This document shows, piece by piece, positions 11,326-21,452 of a stretch of 64,000 bases of DNA. The notes under the pieces are model-generated. The model made no database searches. It had not been told where the DNA came from and worked only from the letters and a program-made list of their open reading frames with translations. Position 1 is the stretch's first letter. Each line of letters opens with the position of its first letter. The stretch covers positions 163,343 through 227,342 of the forward strand of contig JANRMO010000001.1 of assembly GCA_040981105.1 (NCBI GenBank). Direction: 5' to 3'. The stretch comes from Nitrospiraceae bacterium (GTDB taxonomy: Bacteria; Nitrospirota; Nitrospiria; Nitrospirales; Nitrospiraceae). The translations under genes and the position numbers were made by a program.

Positions 11326-11739
11326 ATGGCCACCGAAGACAAATGGAAAGCCAACGCAGAAAAGGTCGCGTTTATGAAGCGGTTCCCCGGTCTGGTGACG
11401 GACTGGACCCAACTCATCGGCAAGACGGTCGAGGCCGTCGAGCCGCTGGCCGGCAAGCCGGGCGCCGTGGTGCTGGTCTTCACCGACGGGTCATTCGCCG
11501 TGGCTCCGCCGCTTGCGCCGGAACCCTGGGAGATCGGCGAGGCATTGAAAAACGCCCGTCCGCACCTGGCAGGCACGCATGCACAGGCGTATGCTGAGTA
11601 TGATCGGCTTGTTCAGCAAGACCGCGAGGCACTCCGCGCGGCCAGGTTGGAAAAGATTCTGGGAGCCATCCACAACAATCTGGAACAGATCCCCGAATTG
11701 AAAGACCGGTTGAAAGAGCTGGTGAAGGAATGGAAGTGA
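11326..11739 (+). CDS. Hypothetical protein
   Basis: Internal ATG (MATEDKW) of the 10930..11739 ORF, directly after the ferredoxin stop. Confidence 0.7.
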   Translation: MATEDKWKANAEKVAFMKRFPGLVTDWTQLIGKTVEAVEPLAGKPGAVVLVFTDGSFAVAPPLAPEPWEIGEALKNARPHLAGTHAQAYAEYDRLVQQDREALRAARLEKILGAIHNNLEQIPELKDRLKELVKEWK

Positions 11740-12035
11740 ACGAGTCCCGCGCCAAGAACATGTTCGAGATCTTCTCGCAGGGACTTTTTGAAGGAGTCAA
11801 ACCGATGATGGTTGTTCGTGATCATCTGGTCCGCCACCCCGACCGCTGCACGCATCAAGCGATCTGCGTGCCGATCTGCCCGACCGGCGCCTGGCTGTCC
11901 ACGCCGCCGTTCAAGTTCGACGCGTCACGCTGCCTCGAAAGCTGCCGCCTCTGCCTGGATGCCTGCCCCTCCCACGCCATCTACGGCGTGTTCAGGAAGG
12001 GGGAGAAGCTGCTGGTGCCGCAGCCAAAAAGCTGA
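11736..12035 (+). CDS. 4Fe-4S dicluster ferredoxin-like protein
   Basis: C....C...CP and C...C..C...CP motifs; GTG overlaps the upstream stop. Confidence 0.8.
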   Translation: MNESRAKNMFEIFSQGLFEGVKPMMVVRDHLVRHPDRCTHQAICVPICPTGAWLSTPPFKFDASRCLESCRLCLDACPSHAIYGVFRKGEKLLVPQPKS

Positions 12036-12154
12036 GGGAGGTCCGGATTCCCGGCCAGAAGCTGGGCGAGATGTCGGAAACCTTCTGAAATTCACTCACG
12101 GGCTCGTTTAATTTCTGCCCTCCTTCTGACTGACTCCTGAAACTGATCAACACG

Positions 12155-12585
12155 TTATTCCTTCGACAATTGTTCCATGAATCGCTGAATGCGGTCTAAA
12201 TACAGAGGAATCTGACGAACCGCGATAGGGAGCGCCTCGTACACTCGCTCAGGATCGATCTCATCGTATTCGTGCACGATGCGGTTGCGGAGTCCGGCGG
12301 CCATCGTATTTGCTTGGCAAGATCAGCCGTCATAACGCCGAGCGTGCCGAGCGCCAAAAAGGAATTGTAATAGTCCTTGGGCGGTGCCTGGCCCGACTCG
12401 GTGACAAGGTGGAAGTTAATGTCGATCATCCGTCCAATAGTCCGCTCCAAGTACCGCTCGGCCACAACCTCATGTATGGGATCACCGACATACTGCTCTC
12501 GCGGCAATCGCGCGAGATCGGTCAGCTTCGGCAGGTCCTGCAAGATCAAGGACATTTTTCTGGTGATCAGGGCACAATCGATCAT
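12155..12585 (-). pseudogene. hepT: HepT/DUF86 HEPN toxin, frameshifted
   Basis: AERYLE and PKDYY, then a 1-nt frameshift near 12305 before GLRNRIVHEYDEID (RxxxxH) in another frame. Confidence 0.8.
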
Positions 12586-13025
12586 GGGCGGGACGTCTCC
12601 GAACACAAGGCCGCCAGGCGACGAGCAACATACCGCCGCTCCAATTCCAGATAGGGCCGAAAGTCCTGGTATTGCTTGAAGGCGGAAAGACGAAGACGCG
12701 CAAATTCCTTTTCATTGCCGTAGAGCAACCGACCGGATTCGAGAATCTTCTTTAGAAACAAAGGGTCCGCGCGATTCAGGATCGCCAGATCTATGTCAGA
12801 TCCGGGAAACAACACCTGAAAAGCCGCCTGGATATCGAGCATAGTCTACAAGGACACATCAGGATCGATCAGCTTGACCGCAACATCCAGGTCGCTTTTT
12901 TTATGGCTCGTCCCGCTGACTGTTGACCCGAACTGAATCACCAGGCGAATACCAAAGCGCTCGGCAAGGGCGCCCAACCCCTGAATCGAGCTGACGATGG
13001 CGTCGCGAACCGATGGCTGCCCCAT
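12582..13025 (-). pseudogene. mntA: MntA-type minimal nucleotidyltransferase antitoxin with in-frame TAG
   Basis: MGQPS...FGSTVSGTSHKKSDLDVAV (GSx10DxD), TAG at 12846-12848, then same frame IDLAILNRADPLF..LLYG. Confidence 0.8.
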
Positions 13026-13314
13026 AGTTTCCTCCCCAGAACCGGCCTACAGGCAGGTAGCCTAACCGAAACCACTATCGGTGTCACGCGAGGATAACAG
13101 TCATGGTCCAATGCCACAGACGAGGGAGAGAAGCTGTGGCGGGCGAACCGGCCTTTCCCGACCTTGCCCCAAGGGAGAAGGGGGAGTTAGCATACAAGAC
13201 ACATAGCCCTCGCCTGGGACATGCCTTGCGCGAACGGAATTCTTTGCGCGCGGTCGTGACTCCCCGTTTGATCCCCGCAGCAAGGACTCCTTGTTCCCGC
13301 AACAGGTAAGCCGC

Positions 13315-13585
13315 CTAGCCCGCATTATTCATGACGATTCGTGGCGAAATCGCGCAGTCGCCAGGCGAGACGGGCAAGCACAGCCGCGAAGAACCAAGGC
13401 GTACTTGAAACAGTACGTCGAGGGACTGAGCGGCGAGCACGCCCGCCATACCAAGCTTCGCTTGAGCCGCCGCGTTCGATCACATCGCGGCGGAGAGGTA
13501 CTTTGCCTTCGACTCCTCATGTTGGCTCTGTCGCAGCGGCGAATCCGCGATTGCAGCAGAAGCGTTCATGAATAATGCGGGCTAG
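13315..13585. mobile_element. MITE-like element (271 bp) with perfect 20-bp terminal inverted repeats
   Basis: CTAGCCCGCATTATTCATGA (13315-13334) / TCATGAATAATGCGGGCTAG (13566-13585); no transposase ORF; outer CTAG may be the target duplication. Confidence 0.8.
13446..13502 (-). repeat. Single copy of the two-hairpin element (cluster C) inside the MITE
   Basis: Reverse complement CCTCT-CCGCCGCG-loop-CGCGGCGG-CT-CAAGC-GAA-GCTTG-GTATGG. Confidence 0.8.
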
Positions 13586-13694
13586 CCAAAGCAGAGGCCC
13601 CGCGCGCGTCAGCTTCGCCGTCGTGCGGTCAGAGAAGGGCAGGAGGTGGAAGGTCCCGACCTGGTTGAAACAAGGGCACCCAGGAGGTTGAACC

Positions 13695-13892
13695 ATGGAA
13701 CCAGCCAGAAAATTTCAGCCGTTCCCACGTTGGGAGGCGCCGACGTATCAGGAAGACGAGCCGGATTTCAGCTCGGGCGACCGTGAGGTCCCGGAGTGGG
13801 AGACGAAATTGGGGAAGACCATTTTTTACATCACGGTGGCGCTGAGCATCTGGTTTTTCTATTGGCTGAACGGCATCCAATGCCCCTGTTAG
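13695..13892 (+). CDS. Small membrane protein
   Basis: GGAGG RBS; C-terminal TM segment, ends CPC. Confidence 0.6.
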   Translation: MEPARKFQPFPRWEAPTYQEDEPDFSSGDREVPEWETKLGKTIFYITVALSIWFFYWLNGIQCPC

Positions 13893-13898
13893 TCGGAA

Positions 13899-14948
13899 CT
13901 ATTCGAGTTGCTTTCTCAGCCGGTTCCAGTAGGCCGTGCCGACGTAGCCGCAGCCGGCGGTCCCGGCGGTCAACGCCATGATCTGATAGACCCTGCTGCG
14001 GGGAATTTTCACCTTGACCGCGGGATTCAACAGGTTGGGTGAGTTCTGGACCAGCTTGAGCGATTCGCCGGCCGAGAGAATCGGCCACATGCAGGCAAGC
14101 CGGAGCCGGATCTCCCGGCGCGGGATCGCCATCGTGTAGAGCCAGCCCTGGTCGAGATGTGACACGGCCAGTTTGACGAGCGTGCGCAGCGCCGGCCTGA
14201 ATTGCGGCAACCGTGCGGGATCGAGCAGGTCGGTCGGCGCGAGACCCGCCTCATGGAGCAAGGGTTCCGGCACATAACAACGGCCGCGCTGCAGATCCTG
14301 CGCCACGTCCTTCACGATGTTAGTGAGCTGCAATCCCTTGCCGAATCGGATGCCGACCTGTGCCATCTCGCGCAGGTTCCACCCTGCCAGCGCCGGACGG
14401 TGCGCACACATGAGGTCCGTCCAGAATTCCCCGACGCAGCCTGCCACGTAATAGGTATACCGATCCAGATCGTCGAGGCTCTTGAGCGCCGCCGCCTGCT
14501 TTGCCGAGTCGCCGGGGAAACAAATCAGATCCAACTCCATCCCCTTGGTCAACGTGGTCAGCAGCCGTTGCACCCGTTGCCGATCGTCCGGCCGGAACTC
14601 GCCGAACAGGCGGAAACACTCGTCCAGCCGCTGGAGCAGCACCCGTTCCGCTGAATCCTGTTGAAGCGGGGCCATCTCGCGCTGGATCGAGCGGATTGAC
14701 TCACGGTCCAGGTTGTCGTGCTCGAACTGCTTCTGATATTGTTTTAGGTAGGCCAGTCGCTTGGACCGGTCGATCAAATCGGTGTCCGCAATCGTATCGG
14801 CCGCCCTGGCAAAGAGGTAGGCCAGACTCACCTGATCCCGCACGGTCCGCGGCACAACGGCCAGAGTCGTATAAAACAGGCGGGAGACTTGCTTGAGAAG
14901 GTCGCGGAGGACGAGATCTTTGTCGGGCTGCGCAGGTGGAATGGTCAC
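13899..14948 (-). CDS. Squalene/phytoene synthase family protein
   Basis: VSRLF, YLFARAADTIAD, YTYYVAGCVG, GKGLQLTNIVKD..DL.RGRCYVP. Confidence 0.9.
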   Translation of the reverse strand: MTIPPAQPDKDLVLRDLLKQVSRLFYTTLAVVPRTVRDQVSLAYLFARAADTIADTDLIDRSKRLAYLKQYQKQFEHDNLDRESIRSIQREMAPLQQDSAERVLLQRLDECFRLFGEFRPDDRQRVQRLLTTLTKGMELDLICFPGDSAKQAAALKSLDDLDRYTYYVAGCVGEFWTDLMCAHRPALAGWNLREMAQVGIRFGKGLQLTNIVKDVAQDLQRGRCYVPEPLLHEAGLAPTDLLDPARLPQFRPALRTLVKLAVSHLDQGWLYTMAIPRREIRLRLACMWPILSAGESLKLVQNSPNLLNPAVKVKIPRSRVYQIMALTAGTAGCGYVGTAYWNRLRKQLE

Positions 14949-15400
14949 GGCCTCACGTCCAGACGGCCTTCCATACCCTTTTCTCGATGGCTTTTGAAGA
15001 ACAGCAATTGCTTGTCGCAGTAGAACGTGAATTGTCCCTCTTTCACAGGGACGAATCGGACGGTCTTGGTTTCGCCGGCGCTGACATCCTGCTCGATGGA
15101 GACCCCGCCTTCCTTCAAGACAAAATTGTGGGGGGTGAGCACCGTCACGCTCTTCAACAGGAGCTCGACCGGTTTGCCCGCTCGGACCGCGATTCGGTTT
15201 GGAGCATAGGAATAACTGTCCAGCGTGACCGTGAGCCGCTGTATCCCGTCCGGCCCTAATTCGGCATCAACGGATGATTCTGGGGAGCCCTGGCCTGCTT
15301 CCTCGGCATGGGACCAGCCGGAAGACGCCAGCATCGCAAGCGCCGCGCAGGAGAGGACGAGCGGAGCTTTTCTCGGTTTACGCGCCTTGGTCGTCCCCAT
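14945..15400 (-). CDS. Cupredoxin-domain exported protein
   Basis: Signal peptide; PHNF and FYC........H...GM type-1 copper ligands. Confidence 0.85.
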   Translation of the reverse strand: MGTTKARKPRKAPLVLSCAALAMLASSGWSHAEEAGQGSPESSVDAELGPDGIQRLTVTLDSYSYAPNRIAVRAGKPVELLLKSVTVLTPHNFVLKEGGVSIEQDVSAGETKTVRFVPVKEGQFTFYCDKQLLFFKSHREKGMEGRLDVRP

Positions 15401-15676
15401 GAGCCCTTCTAGCAAATGGAATCGCCGGGGGTCAACTCGGCGACGATCGCACCCGTTCTCCCGTCGGCCCCTTGGACGCCTCTCCTCCAACCGCTTCTCG
15501 CCCTTGACCTCCGGCGGCATCCGGCTTATCTACTTCAGGGTCTCGCAGGCCCCAGAGAGGAGCCTGGATCAATATCCAGGAACATACCGAGTCCTTGTAG
15601 TATAATCTGGCAAGTTTACGATCGGGTCGGTTCCCGGCATCCAGTTCCGGCGATCCGGCGAAGGAGGAGAAGACAG

Positions 15677-16570
15677 ATGAAGTCGTTGAAGGGAATCGTG
15701 CTGTTGCTCGCCGCCAACATCCTGATCATGGTGACGCTCTCGATCACGGTTCCGATCGTGATCAACGTGATCTTGCCGATGTTCGGCATCGACGTGCGCG
15801 GGTCGGTCGACCTCACGTCCTTGGTTTGGGCGATGGTCTTCGGGTTCGGCGGCGCCTTTATCAGCTTGGCGTTCTCGAAGCAGATGGCCCGCGCCATGCT
15901 CGACTGCTATCAAATCACCAATCCACGGACGCAGGCGGAACAGCTCGTCTATGGATCGGTCAGAGAGATTGCCGCCCGCCTCAATATCGACATGCCGGAG
16001 GTCTGGGTGTATGAATCGCCCGATCCCAATGCGTTCGCGACCGGCCCCAGCAAGAACAACTCGATGGTGGCGGTTTCGACCGGCCTCTTGCGCAACCTGA
16101 ATGAGCAGGAGGTCAAAGCGGTCCTCGCCCACGAAATGGGCCACGTGTTCAACGGCGACATGTTCGCCACCACGGTGCTGGCCGGCTTGATGAACACCTT
16201 CGTGTACTTCATCGCCATGTGGGTGCGGCGTTTCTTTGCGGAGCGCGACCAGGCTGCGTTGGGGTTCGGGCTCTCGCTCGTGCTGCAAATCGTGGTCAGC
16301 ATCCTGGCCTCGATCCTGATCAGTTGGTTCTCGCGCCACCGCGAATACGGCGCCGACGCCTTCTCGGCGAAGGTCTACGGCAAGGATTCGATGATCTCGG
16401 CGCTCCGCGCGATCGACCGGTGGGTGACGCAGACCCAGTTCGAGCCGGCTCCGCAGGACGCGCTGGCGACGATGAAGATTTCAGGACGCACGGGAGGCGT
16501 CATGAGCCTGTTTGCCACGCATCCGCCCATCGAGGACCGGATTGCGGCGCTGCAGCGGCTGCGGGCCTGA
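15677..16570 (+). CDS. htpX: Zinc metalloprotease HtpX
   Basis: PNAFATG, AVLAHEMGH, FSRHREYGAD, LFATHPPIEDRI; AGGAGG RBS. Confidence 0.93.
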   Translation: MKSLKGIVLLLAANILIMVTLSITVPIVINVILPMFGIDVRGSVDLTSLVWAMVFGFGGAFISLAFSKQMARAMLDCYQITNPRTQAEQLVYGSVREIAARLNIDMPEVWVYESPDPNAFATGPSKNNSMVAVSTGLLRNLNEQEVKAVLAHEMGHVFNGDMFATTVLAGLMNTFVYFIAMWVRRFFAERDQAALGFGLSLVLQIVVSILASILISWFSRHREYGADAFSAKVYGKDSMISALRAIDRWVTQTQFEPAPQDALATMKISGRTGGVMSLFATHPPIEDRIAALQRLRA

Positions 16571-16607
16571 CCAAGCGTGACCGAACGGAAAGGCGGGAGA
16601 CTCTACC

Positions 16608-16801
16608 GTGGAGTCTCCCTGCCGCCGTCAGAGTCGATAAGACGAGAAAGAGGCGCCGGATCAAGCAAGCTTTGGTATGGCGCCCGGTTTAACCAAAGCT
16701 TGGTATGGGAATCACGCGGAGAATCACGTGAGGCGTTTCTCCGGCGCCATCATATTCGATAAAGCGATAACGAGGCGCCGGATCAAGCAAGCTTGGTATG
16801 G
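16608..16801 (+). repeat. Two copies plus one 3' half of the two-hairpin element (cluster D)
   Basis: GGCGCCGGATCAAGCAAGCT(T)TGGTATGG twice, with CCGGTTTAACCAAAGCTTGGTATGG between them. Confidence 0.85.
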
Positions 16802-16810
16802 AGGGGTGCC

Positions 16811-17428
16811 ATGTCTACGGTCCGTCGGTGGGTGATGAGCATCGGTCTCGGGGCAGGACTCGTCGCAGGCTGCAACTCCGGCTATCTCTTTGAACCGGGC
16901 GGCGCCCAGGCGGCCCAGGAAGGCATGCTGGCGATGGCGGCTAAGACGACCGGCCTCTATGATTTTACCCTGGACGATATCGACGGCCGTCCCCTGTCCC
17001 TCGGACAGTTCAAAGGTAAGGTCCTGTTGCTCGTGAACACGGCCAGTTTCTGCGGCAATACCCCGCAATACTCCGACTTGCAAACGATGTACGACACATA
17101 CAAGGAGCAGGGCTTTGAAATTCTGGCTTTTCCAGCCAACAATTTCGGCCAGCAGGAGCCGGGGACGAATCAGGAGATCAAGAGCTTCTGTTACACGAAG
17201 TACAGCCTGACCTTTCCGCTGTTCGGCAAGATCAGTGTCAAGGGACCGGACAAGCACCCGCTCTACCGATATCTGACGGAAGAAAGCCCGTTCCCCGGCG
17301 AGGTCGAATGGAACTTCCAGAAGTATCTGGTGGATCGATCCGGCAGGGTCGTGGCCAAGTACCATCACCGGACCAAACCCCTGTCCGCCCAGATCGTTCA
17401 GGATGTCGAGAAGGCCTTGGCCAACTGA
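16811..17428 (+). CDS. Glutathione peroxidase (Cys type), probable lipoprotein
   Basis: VNTASFCG.TPQY, ILAFPANNFGQQEPG, WNFQKYLVD; lipobox-like LVAGC. Confidence 0.92.
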   Translation: MSTVRRWVMSIGLGAGLVAGCNSGYLFEPGGAQAAQEGMLAMAAKTTGLYDFTLDDIDGRPLSLGQFKGKVLLLVNTASFCGNTPQYSDLQTMYDTYKEQGFEILAFPANNFGQQEPGTNQEIKSFCYTKYSLTFPLFGKISVKGPDKHPLYRYLTEESPFPGEVEWNFQKYLVDRSGRVVAKYHHRTKPLSAQIVQDVEKALAN

Positions 17429-17458
17429 CCGGGGCCTTCTCCATTCCCACCCACGCGC

Positions 17459-17749
17459 TTACGCTTTCCGATAAAAACTGATGTGGTCGCGGTATTGCTC
17501 GATCGCCGCCCCGAGCGCAGCTTTGCCCATCGGAATATTGGCTTCGAGCACGTCTGTGACGTGGGGCTTGTTGATTTCGACGTCATACCGAACCTGCACA
17601 TTCGTCAGGACCGGCCCCTGTTTGACGTCCCGCGGCATGTAGATTTCAGTCCAGACTTCCTTCTCCACCAGGCAGACATCACGAAACCGCTCGTAGAGCA
17701 AGGTCAATTTCTCCGGGTCGGTCTCCTTCACGCGCTCGGCCATCTCCAC
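17459..17749 (-). CDS. Hypothetical protein
   Basis: GGAGG RBS, coherent ORF downstream of the zinc-ribbon gene. Confidence 0.65.
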   Translation of the reverse strand: MEMAERVKETDPEKLTLLYERFRDVCLVEKEVWTEIYMPRDVKQGPVLTNVQVRYDVEINKPHVTDVLEANIPMGKAALGAAIEQYRDHISFYRKA

Positions 17750-17767
17750 CGGTCCTCCCCTTCCTCG

Positions 17768-18061
17768 TCACGCCCCGCCTCCGTGATCATGGCCATGGCC
17801 CCCGCAGGCTCCTCCCCCTTCTGCGCTCGGCATCGAAGCCGGAGCCTGAATCCCGGTGATATTCAGCGGGGTCGGATCCGGCGTTGACACACCGACGGCG
17901 CCCGTTCGGGCCGCAAAGGTGGAGAACACCCGCTGGATGGCCGCCCCGCATTCGCGGCAGCGGCTCAGGGGAGCCTCGCTCATGGATTGCAGATACTCCA
18001 ATCGCTTGGAGCAGGGCTGTGGGCGCAGGCAGCGCTGCGCCAGATATTCATAGATCGGCAC
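17768..18061 (-). CDS. FmdB family zinc-ribbon protein
   Basis: MPIYEY..C, CRECG, His/Gly-rich tail. Confidence 0.85.
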   Translation of the reverse strand: MPIYEYLAQRCLRPQPCSKRLEYLQSMSEAPLSRCRECGAAIQRVFSTFAARTGAVGVSTPDPTPLNITGIQAPASMPSAEGGGACGGHGHDHGGGA

Positions 18062-18125
18062 CGCGGACCTCGATGGACGTGACTCTACAAAGGAGGGCCG
18101 AACGAACGCAAGACCGTGAATCTCG

Positions 18126-18779
18126 CTATGGCTTGGCCTGGCCGGTCTGCTGAGGCTGATCGGTAATGGTGAACTTCATCGTCCCCACCTGGTTTGCGGC
18201 ATGGAAGGCTTGCTGGCCAAGCGGGGTAATGTAGATTTTTACCACGTAGTTGCCTTTGGGCCAGGCGCCGTCAGGTTTCTTCAATTCCAGGTACCCGTAT
18301 CGCGAGTGTCCCGGCACCTCCAGGGCATCCTTGCCGATCGGATTCTCGGAGAGCTTCCCGCCTTCTCCTTCCAAGTACCATTGAGCGCTGAACAGCGCAG
18401 GATCCTCCAACGGAGCCGCTTCAAAGACAATATAGATGACCGGGGTCTCAGGCTTGAACACCGAGCTGCCGCCCCCGATCGGCTTCAGTCTCGGGTCCTG
18501 CGTGTACCACCCCTTCCGGCCGAAGCTGTCCCATTCCTCCTCGAACCCTTCCGCCAATTTGATCCAGACGAAAATCGCCTGTGGCGCGCCTCTCCGCTGC
18601 TGGTCGAACTCCTGCAACTGCGTATGATCCACTTCCGTATTCTGCTGCTCCTTCGGCGCCATCAGGTCAACCGCTGCCGCAGTTCCCGGCCAGGCGAACA
18701 GAGACAGGGTCCCGAGAAGACAGAGTCGCAGGAGATCGCCGGCCTCAACCGATCGATTCTTTAATGTCCAGCTCTTCAT
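18126..18779 (-). CDS. Hypothetical exported protein
   Basis: Signal peptide ending AAA; WPKGNYVVKIY Ig-like C-terminus. Confidence 0.7.
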   Translation of the reverse strand: MKSWTLKNRSVEAGDLLRLCLLGTLSLFAWPGTAAAVDLMAPKEQQNTEVDHTQLQEFDQQRRGAPQAIFVWIKLAEGFEEEWDSFGRKGWYTQDPRLKPIGGGSSVFKPETPVIYIVFEAAPLEDPALFSAQWYLEGEGGKLSENPIGKDALEVPGHSRYGYLELKKPDGAWPKGNYVVKIYITPLGQQAFHAANQVGTMKFTITDQPQQTGQAKP

Positions 18780-18982
18780 GACATCCCTCTCAACAATTGG
18801 CCCCTTCCCTCTTGGAATCGGTCGCTCCCTTCTTCCCTCTATTCCTCTATTGTGCCATGGCGGCCAAGCGGACGATAGGGCCCCTCTCGACAAGCGCCGG
18901 GCGGCTTGGCCGGGATTTGCTATAATTCAGCACCGATCACGCTTCCTCAAATGGATTCACTGCCGGCTTCCTCGTCTGAACC

Positions 18983-20494
18983 GTGAACCAAGCCTCTGCG
19001 ACAGTTCAGGCGTCTCAGGATTCTCCCCACGCCGCTGTTCGCAATGCAATAGCCTCCCGGCCTGAAGCTTTGGGAGAAGCCGATGCCCCTGACCGGGACC
19101 ACCGGCATCCCCTAGCCAGCCTCCCCAAGAAGGATCAACAAGAGAGCCGGACCAGCGGAATCCGCGACGGCCTTTGCCAGGCCGTTGCGCAGGGAATCGG
19201 CGAACATTATTTCTCGGCCTTTGCGCTGATGCTCAAAGCGACGCCGCTTCAAATCGGATGGCTTTCGGCGCTTCCACAATTGGTCGGCGCATGGGCGCAG
19301 ATCTATGCCACCAGCCGGGCACTCTCGCACCTTTCTCGCAAGAAGCTCATCCTTTTCGGATCGTTCGGACAGGCAGTCGCCTGGTTTCCCTTATTTCTGT
19401 TGCCCTTGCTCATCGCGGACCAGGCCGCCGCGCTGTTCATCATCGGGGTGGTGGTCTACGCCGCGCTGGGCCACGTGACAGTCCCGGCCTGGAACAGCCT
19501 CATCACCGACATCGTCGGTCCCAACCTGCGCGGCCGATATTTCGGCCGCAGGGCTCAGCTTATGGCAGTGGCCAACTTCGCCGCCCTGGCCGCCGGCGGA
19601 TTCCTGCTCCACGTCAGCGAGCGTTGGTCTTCAACCTGGGGCGGCTTTGCCCTGCTCTTTCTGCTCGCGGCAACAGCCAGGGCACTGTCCTCCTTTTTTC
19701 TTGGACGGCTAGCGGACGTGCCGGTTGCCCACTCGGCCATCCAATCGGCCGGGTTTATCGACCTCCTGGTCCGCCGAAGCAGCCCCGACTTTAGGCGGTT
19801 TCTCTGCTTTTCCGGACTGATGCATGCAGCGACCCTGCTGGCCGGCCCCTATTTCGTCGTCTATCTGCTACAGGACCTCCATCTGAGCTATGTGGAATAT
19901 GGCGTCTGGCTCGCGGCTCAAATGGTGGGCCAATTCGTCTCGCTTAAGGCCTGGGGACGGCTGGGCGATCGTTGCGGACATGCCGCGGTGCTGACCGTCA
20001 CCGGCTACCTCGTGCCGGTGCTGCCCATGTTGTACCTGTTCAGCAACCACGTGACCTTTCTGATCTGCGTCAATTTCGTCGCCGGAATGGTCTGGTCCGG
20101 CTTCTCGCTTGGGCTCCAGAATTATATTTTTGACGCAGTCCCGGCGGGGGACAAGGGCCGAGCGGTGGCGCTGGCGAACACGATCAACGCGATGGGCTGG
20201 TTTGCGGGGGCCCTGGTGGGCGGATGGTTGGCCGGATGGCTTCCAACTCGCCTATTGGGTTTCGGGATCGAGTGGTCCCTCGTCTCGAATCTCCCTCTAC
20301 TATTTCTCGTCTCCGGCTGTCTGCGGCTGGCCGTGTCGGCCCTGTTTCTACCCGGGCTGCGGGAGCTGCGAACGGAGGGACTTTGCTCGATCCGTCGCCT
20401 CCTGGCTCATCTGCCGGTCCTTCAGCCCCTCCACCGGGTCGTCCGCCGAAGCCGGGGCAAGCCTCGCGCGCCTGTGCGCCAATCGTCCGAATAA
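18983..20494 (+). CDS. MFS transporter
   Basis: About 12 hydrophobic segments; RGRYFGRR and WGRLGDRCG loop motifs. Confidence 0.85.
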   Translation: MNQASATVQASQDSPHAAVRNAIASRPEALGEADAPDRDHRHPLASLPKKDQQESRTSGIRDGLCQAVAQGIGEHYFSAFALMLKATPLQIGWLSALPQLVGAWAQIYATSRALSHLSRKKLILFGSFGQAVAWFPLFLLPLLIADQAAALFIIGVVVYAALGHVTVPAWNSLITDIVGPNLRGRYFGRRAQLMAVANFAALAAGGFLLHVSERWSSTWGGFALLFLLAATARALSSFFLGRLADVPVAHSAIQSAGFIDLLVRRSSPDFRRFLCFSGLMHAATLLAGPYFVVYLLQDLHLSYVEYGVWLAAQMVGQFVSLKAWGRLGDRCGHAAVLTVTGYLVPVLPMLYLFSNHVTFLICVNFVAGMVWSGFSLGLQNYIFDAVPAGDKGRAVALANTINAMGWFAGALVGGWLAGWLPTRLLGFGIEWSLVSNLPLLFLVSGCLRLAVSALFLPGLRELRTEGLCSIRRLLAHLPVLQPLHRVVRRSRGKPRAPVRQSSE

Positions 20495-20509
20495 ACCGCC
20501 GGACGGCCG

Positions 20510-20743
20510 CTACCGCATCGGCTGAGTGACATCCCTCCCCTGCCGCTCTTCTTCTTTCAGTTTGTCGAATGTTCTGTCGGCATGGCCTCTGACTTCCTGA
20601 TTGGAGGGGGAAGGCGGCCCCTTGACCGGTTGCGGCGAGCTACAGCCGACCGTGGCCAGTATCCAGATGGCAAGCAAGCCTCCCGTCACGATGCTACCCG
20701 ACCCTGTTCTCATCCCATTCCCTCGTCCAATCCCCATTTTCAT
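20510..20743 (-). CDS. Small lipoprotein
   Basis: GGAGG RBS; hydrophobic stretch ending ATVGC-SS. Confidence 0.65.
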   Translation of the reverse strand: MKMGIGRGNGMRTGSGSIVTGGLLAIWILATVGCSSPQPVKGPPSPSNQEVRGHADRTFDKLKEEERQGRDVTQPMR

Positions 20744-20750
20744 GGCGCCT

Positions 20751-20825
20751 CCATACCAACCTACGGTTGAACCGGACGCCCCTCCAATTATTCTTGGCGG
20801 CCGGAGATGACTCCTCCAGTGATTC
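20751..20825 (-). repeat. Single copy of the two-hairpin element (cluster E)
   Basis: Reverse complement GAATCACTGGAGGAGTCATCT-CCGGCCGCC-loop-GGCGTCCGG-TT-CAACC-GTA-GGTTG-GTATGG. Confidence 0.85.
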
Positions 20826-21005
20826 ACCGATCTTCCTTGTGCAAGTGTGCCGGTCGCTCGTGTACCACATGCGGCCAAATCTTACTCTATGATCGATATG
20901 AACGCCACGGACACATCGATTTGGGACCGCGGCTCCGATTGACGGCCTCTCCGGGATTGGCTAAGGTGACTAGGTTCTTGTCGTTGTCCTGCAAGGAGGC
21001 CGCCC

Positions 21006-21452
21006 ATGTCATTGTCCGACCGCCTGACGCACGATCTCCAACAAGCCATGAAAGCCAAAGACCAACTACGTATGGACGTCATCCGGATGATCAAGGCCGC
21101 GATCCAACGCCGCGAAATCGAACTCAAGCGCGACCTTGACGACGCCGAAATGAGCCGCGTGATGACCAACCTGATCAAGCAACGCCGTGAATCGGTGGAA
21201 CAATTCGAAAAGGCGCGGCGGGAGGACCTGGCGGCCAAGGAGCGTCAGGAAATCTCGATCATCGAGGGCTATCTGCCCCAAGCCCTCTCATCCGACCAAC
21301 TCACGCAACTGGTCGAGACGGTCATCCGGGAGTTCGGATCGCCCACCATGAAGGACATGGGGGCCGTCATGAAGGCCGTCATGGCGCAACTGGGCGGCCG
21401 GCCGGCGGACGGGAAGGTGGTGAGCGATCTCGTCCGTTCCAAGCTCGTCTAG
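21006..21452 (+). CDS. GatB/YqeY domain protein
   Basis: AMKAKD..R, KQRRES..QF, YLPQ.LS, MKDMGAVMK, ADGK. Confidence 0.93.
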   Translation: MSLSDRLTHDLQQAMKAKDQLRMDVIRMIKAAIQRREIELKRDLDDAEMSRVMTNLIKQRRESVEQFEKARREDLAAKERQEISIIEGYLPQALSSDQLTQLVETVIREFGSPTMKDMGAVMKAVMAQLGGRPADGKVVSDLVRSKLV

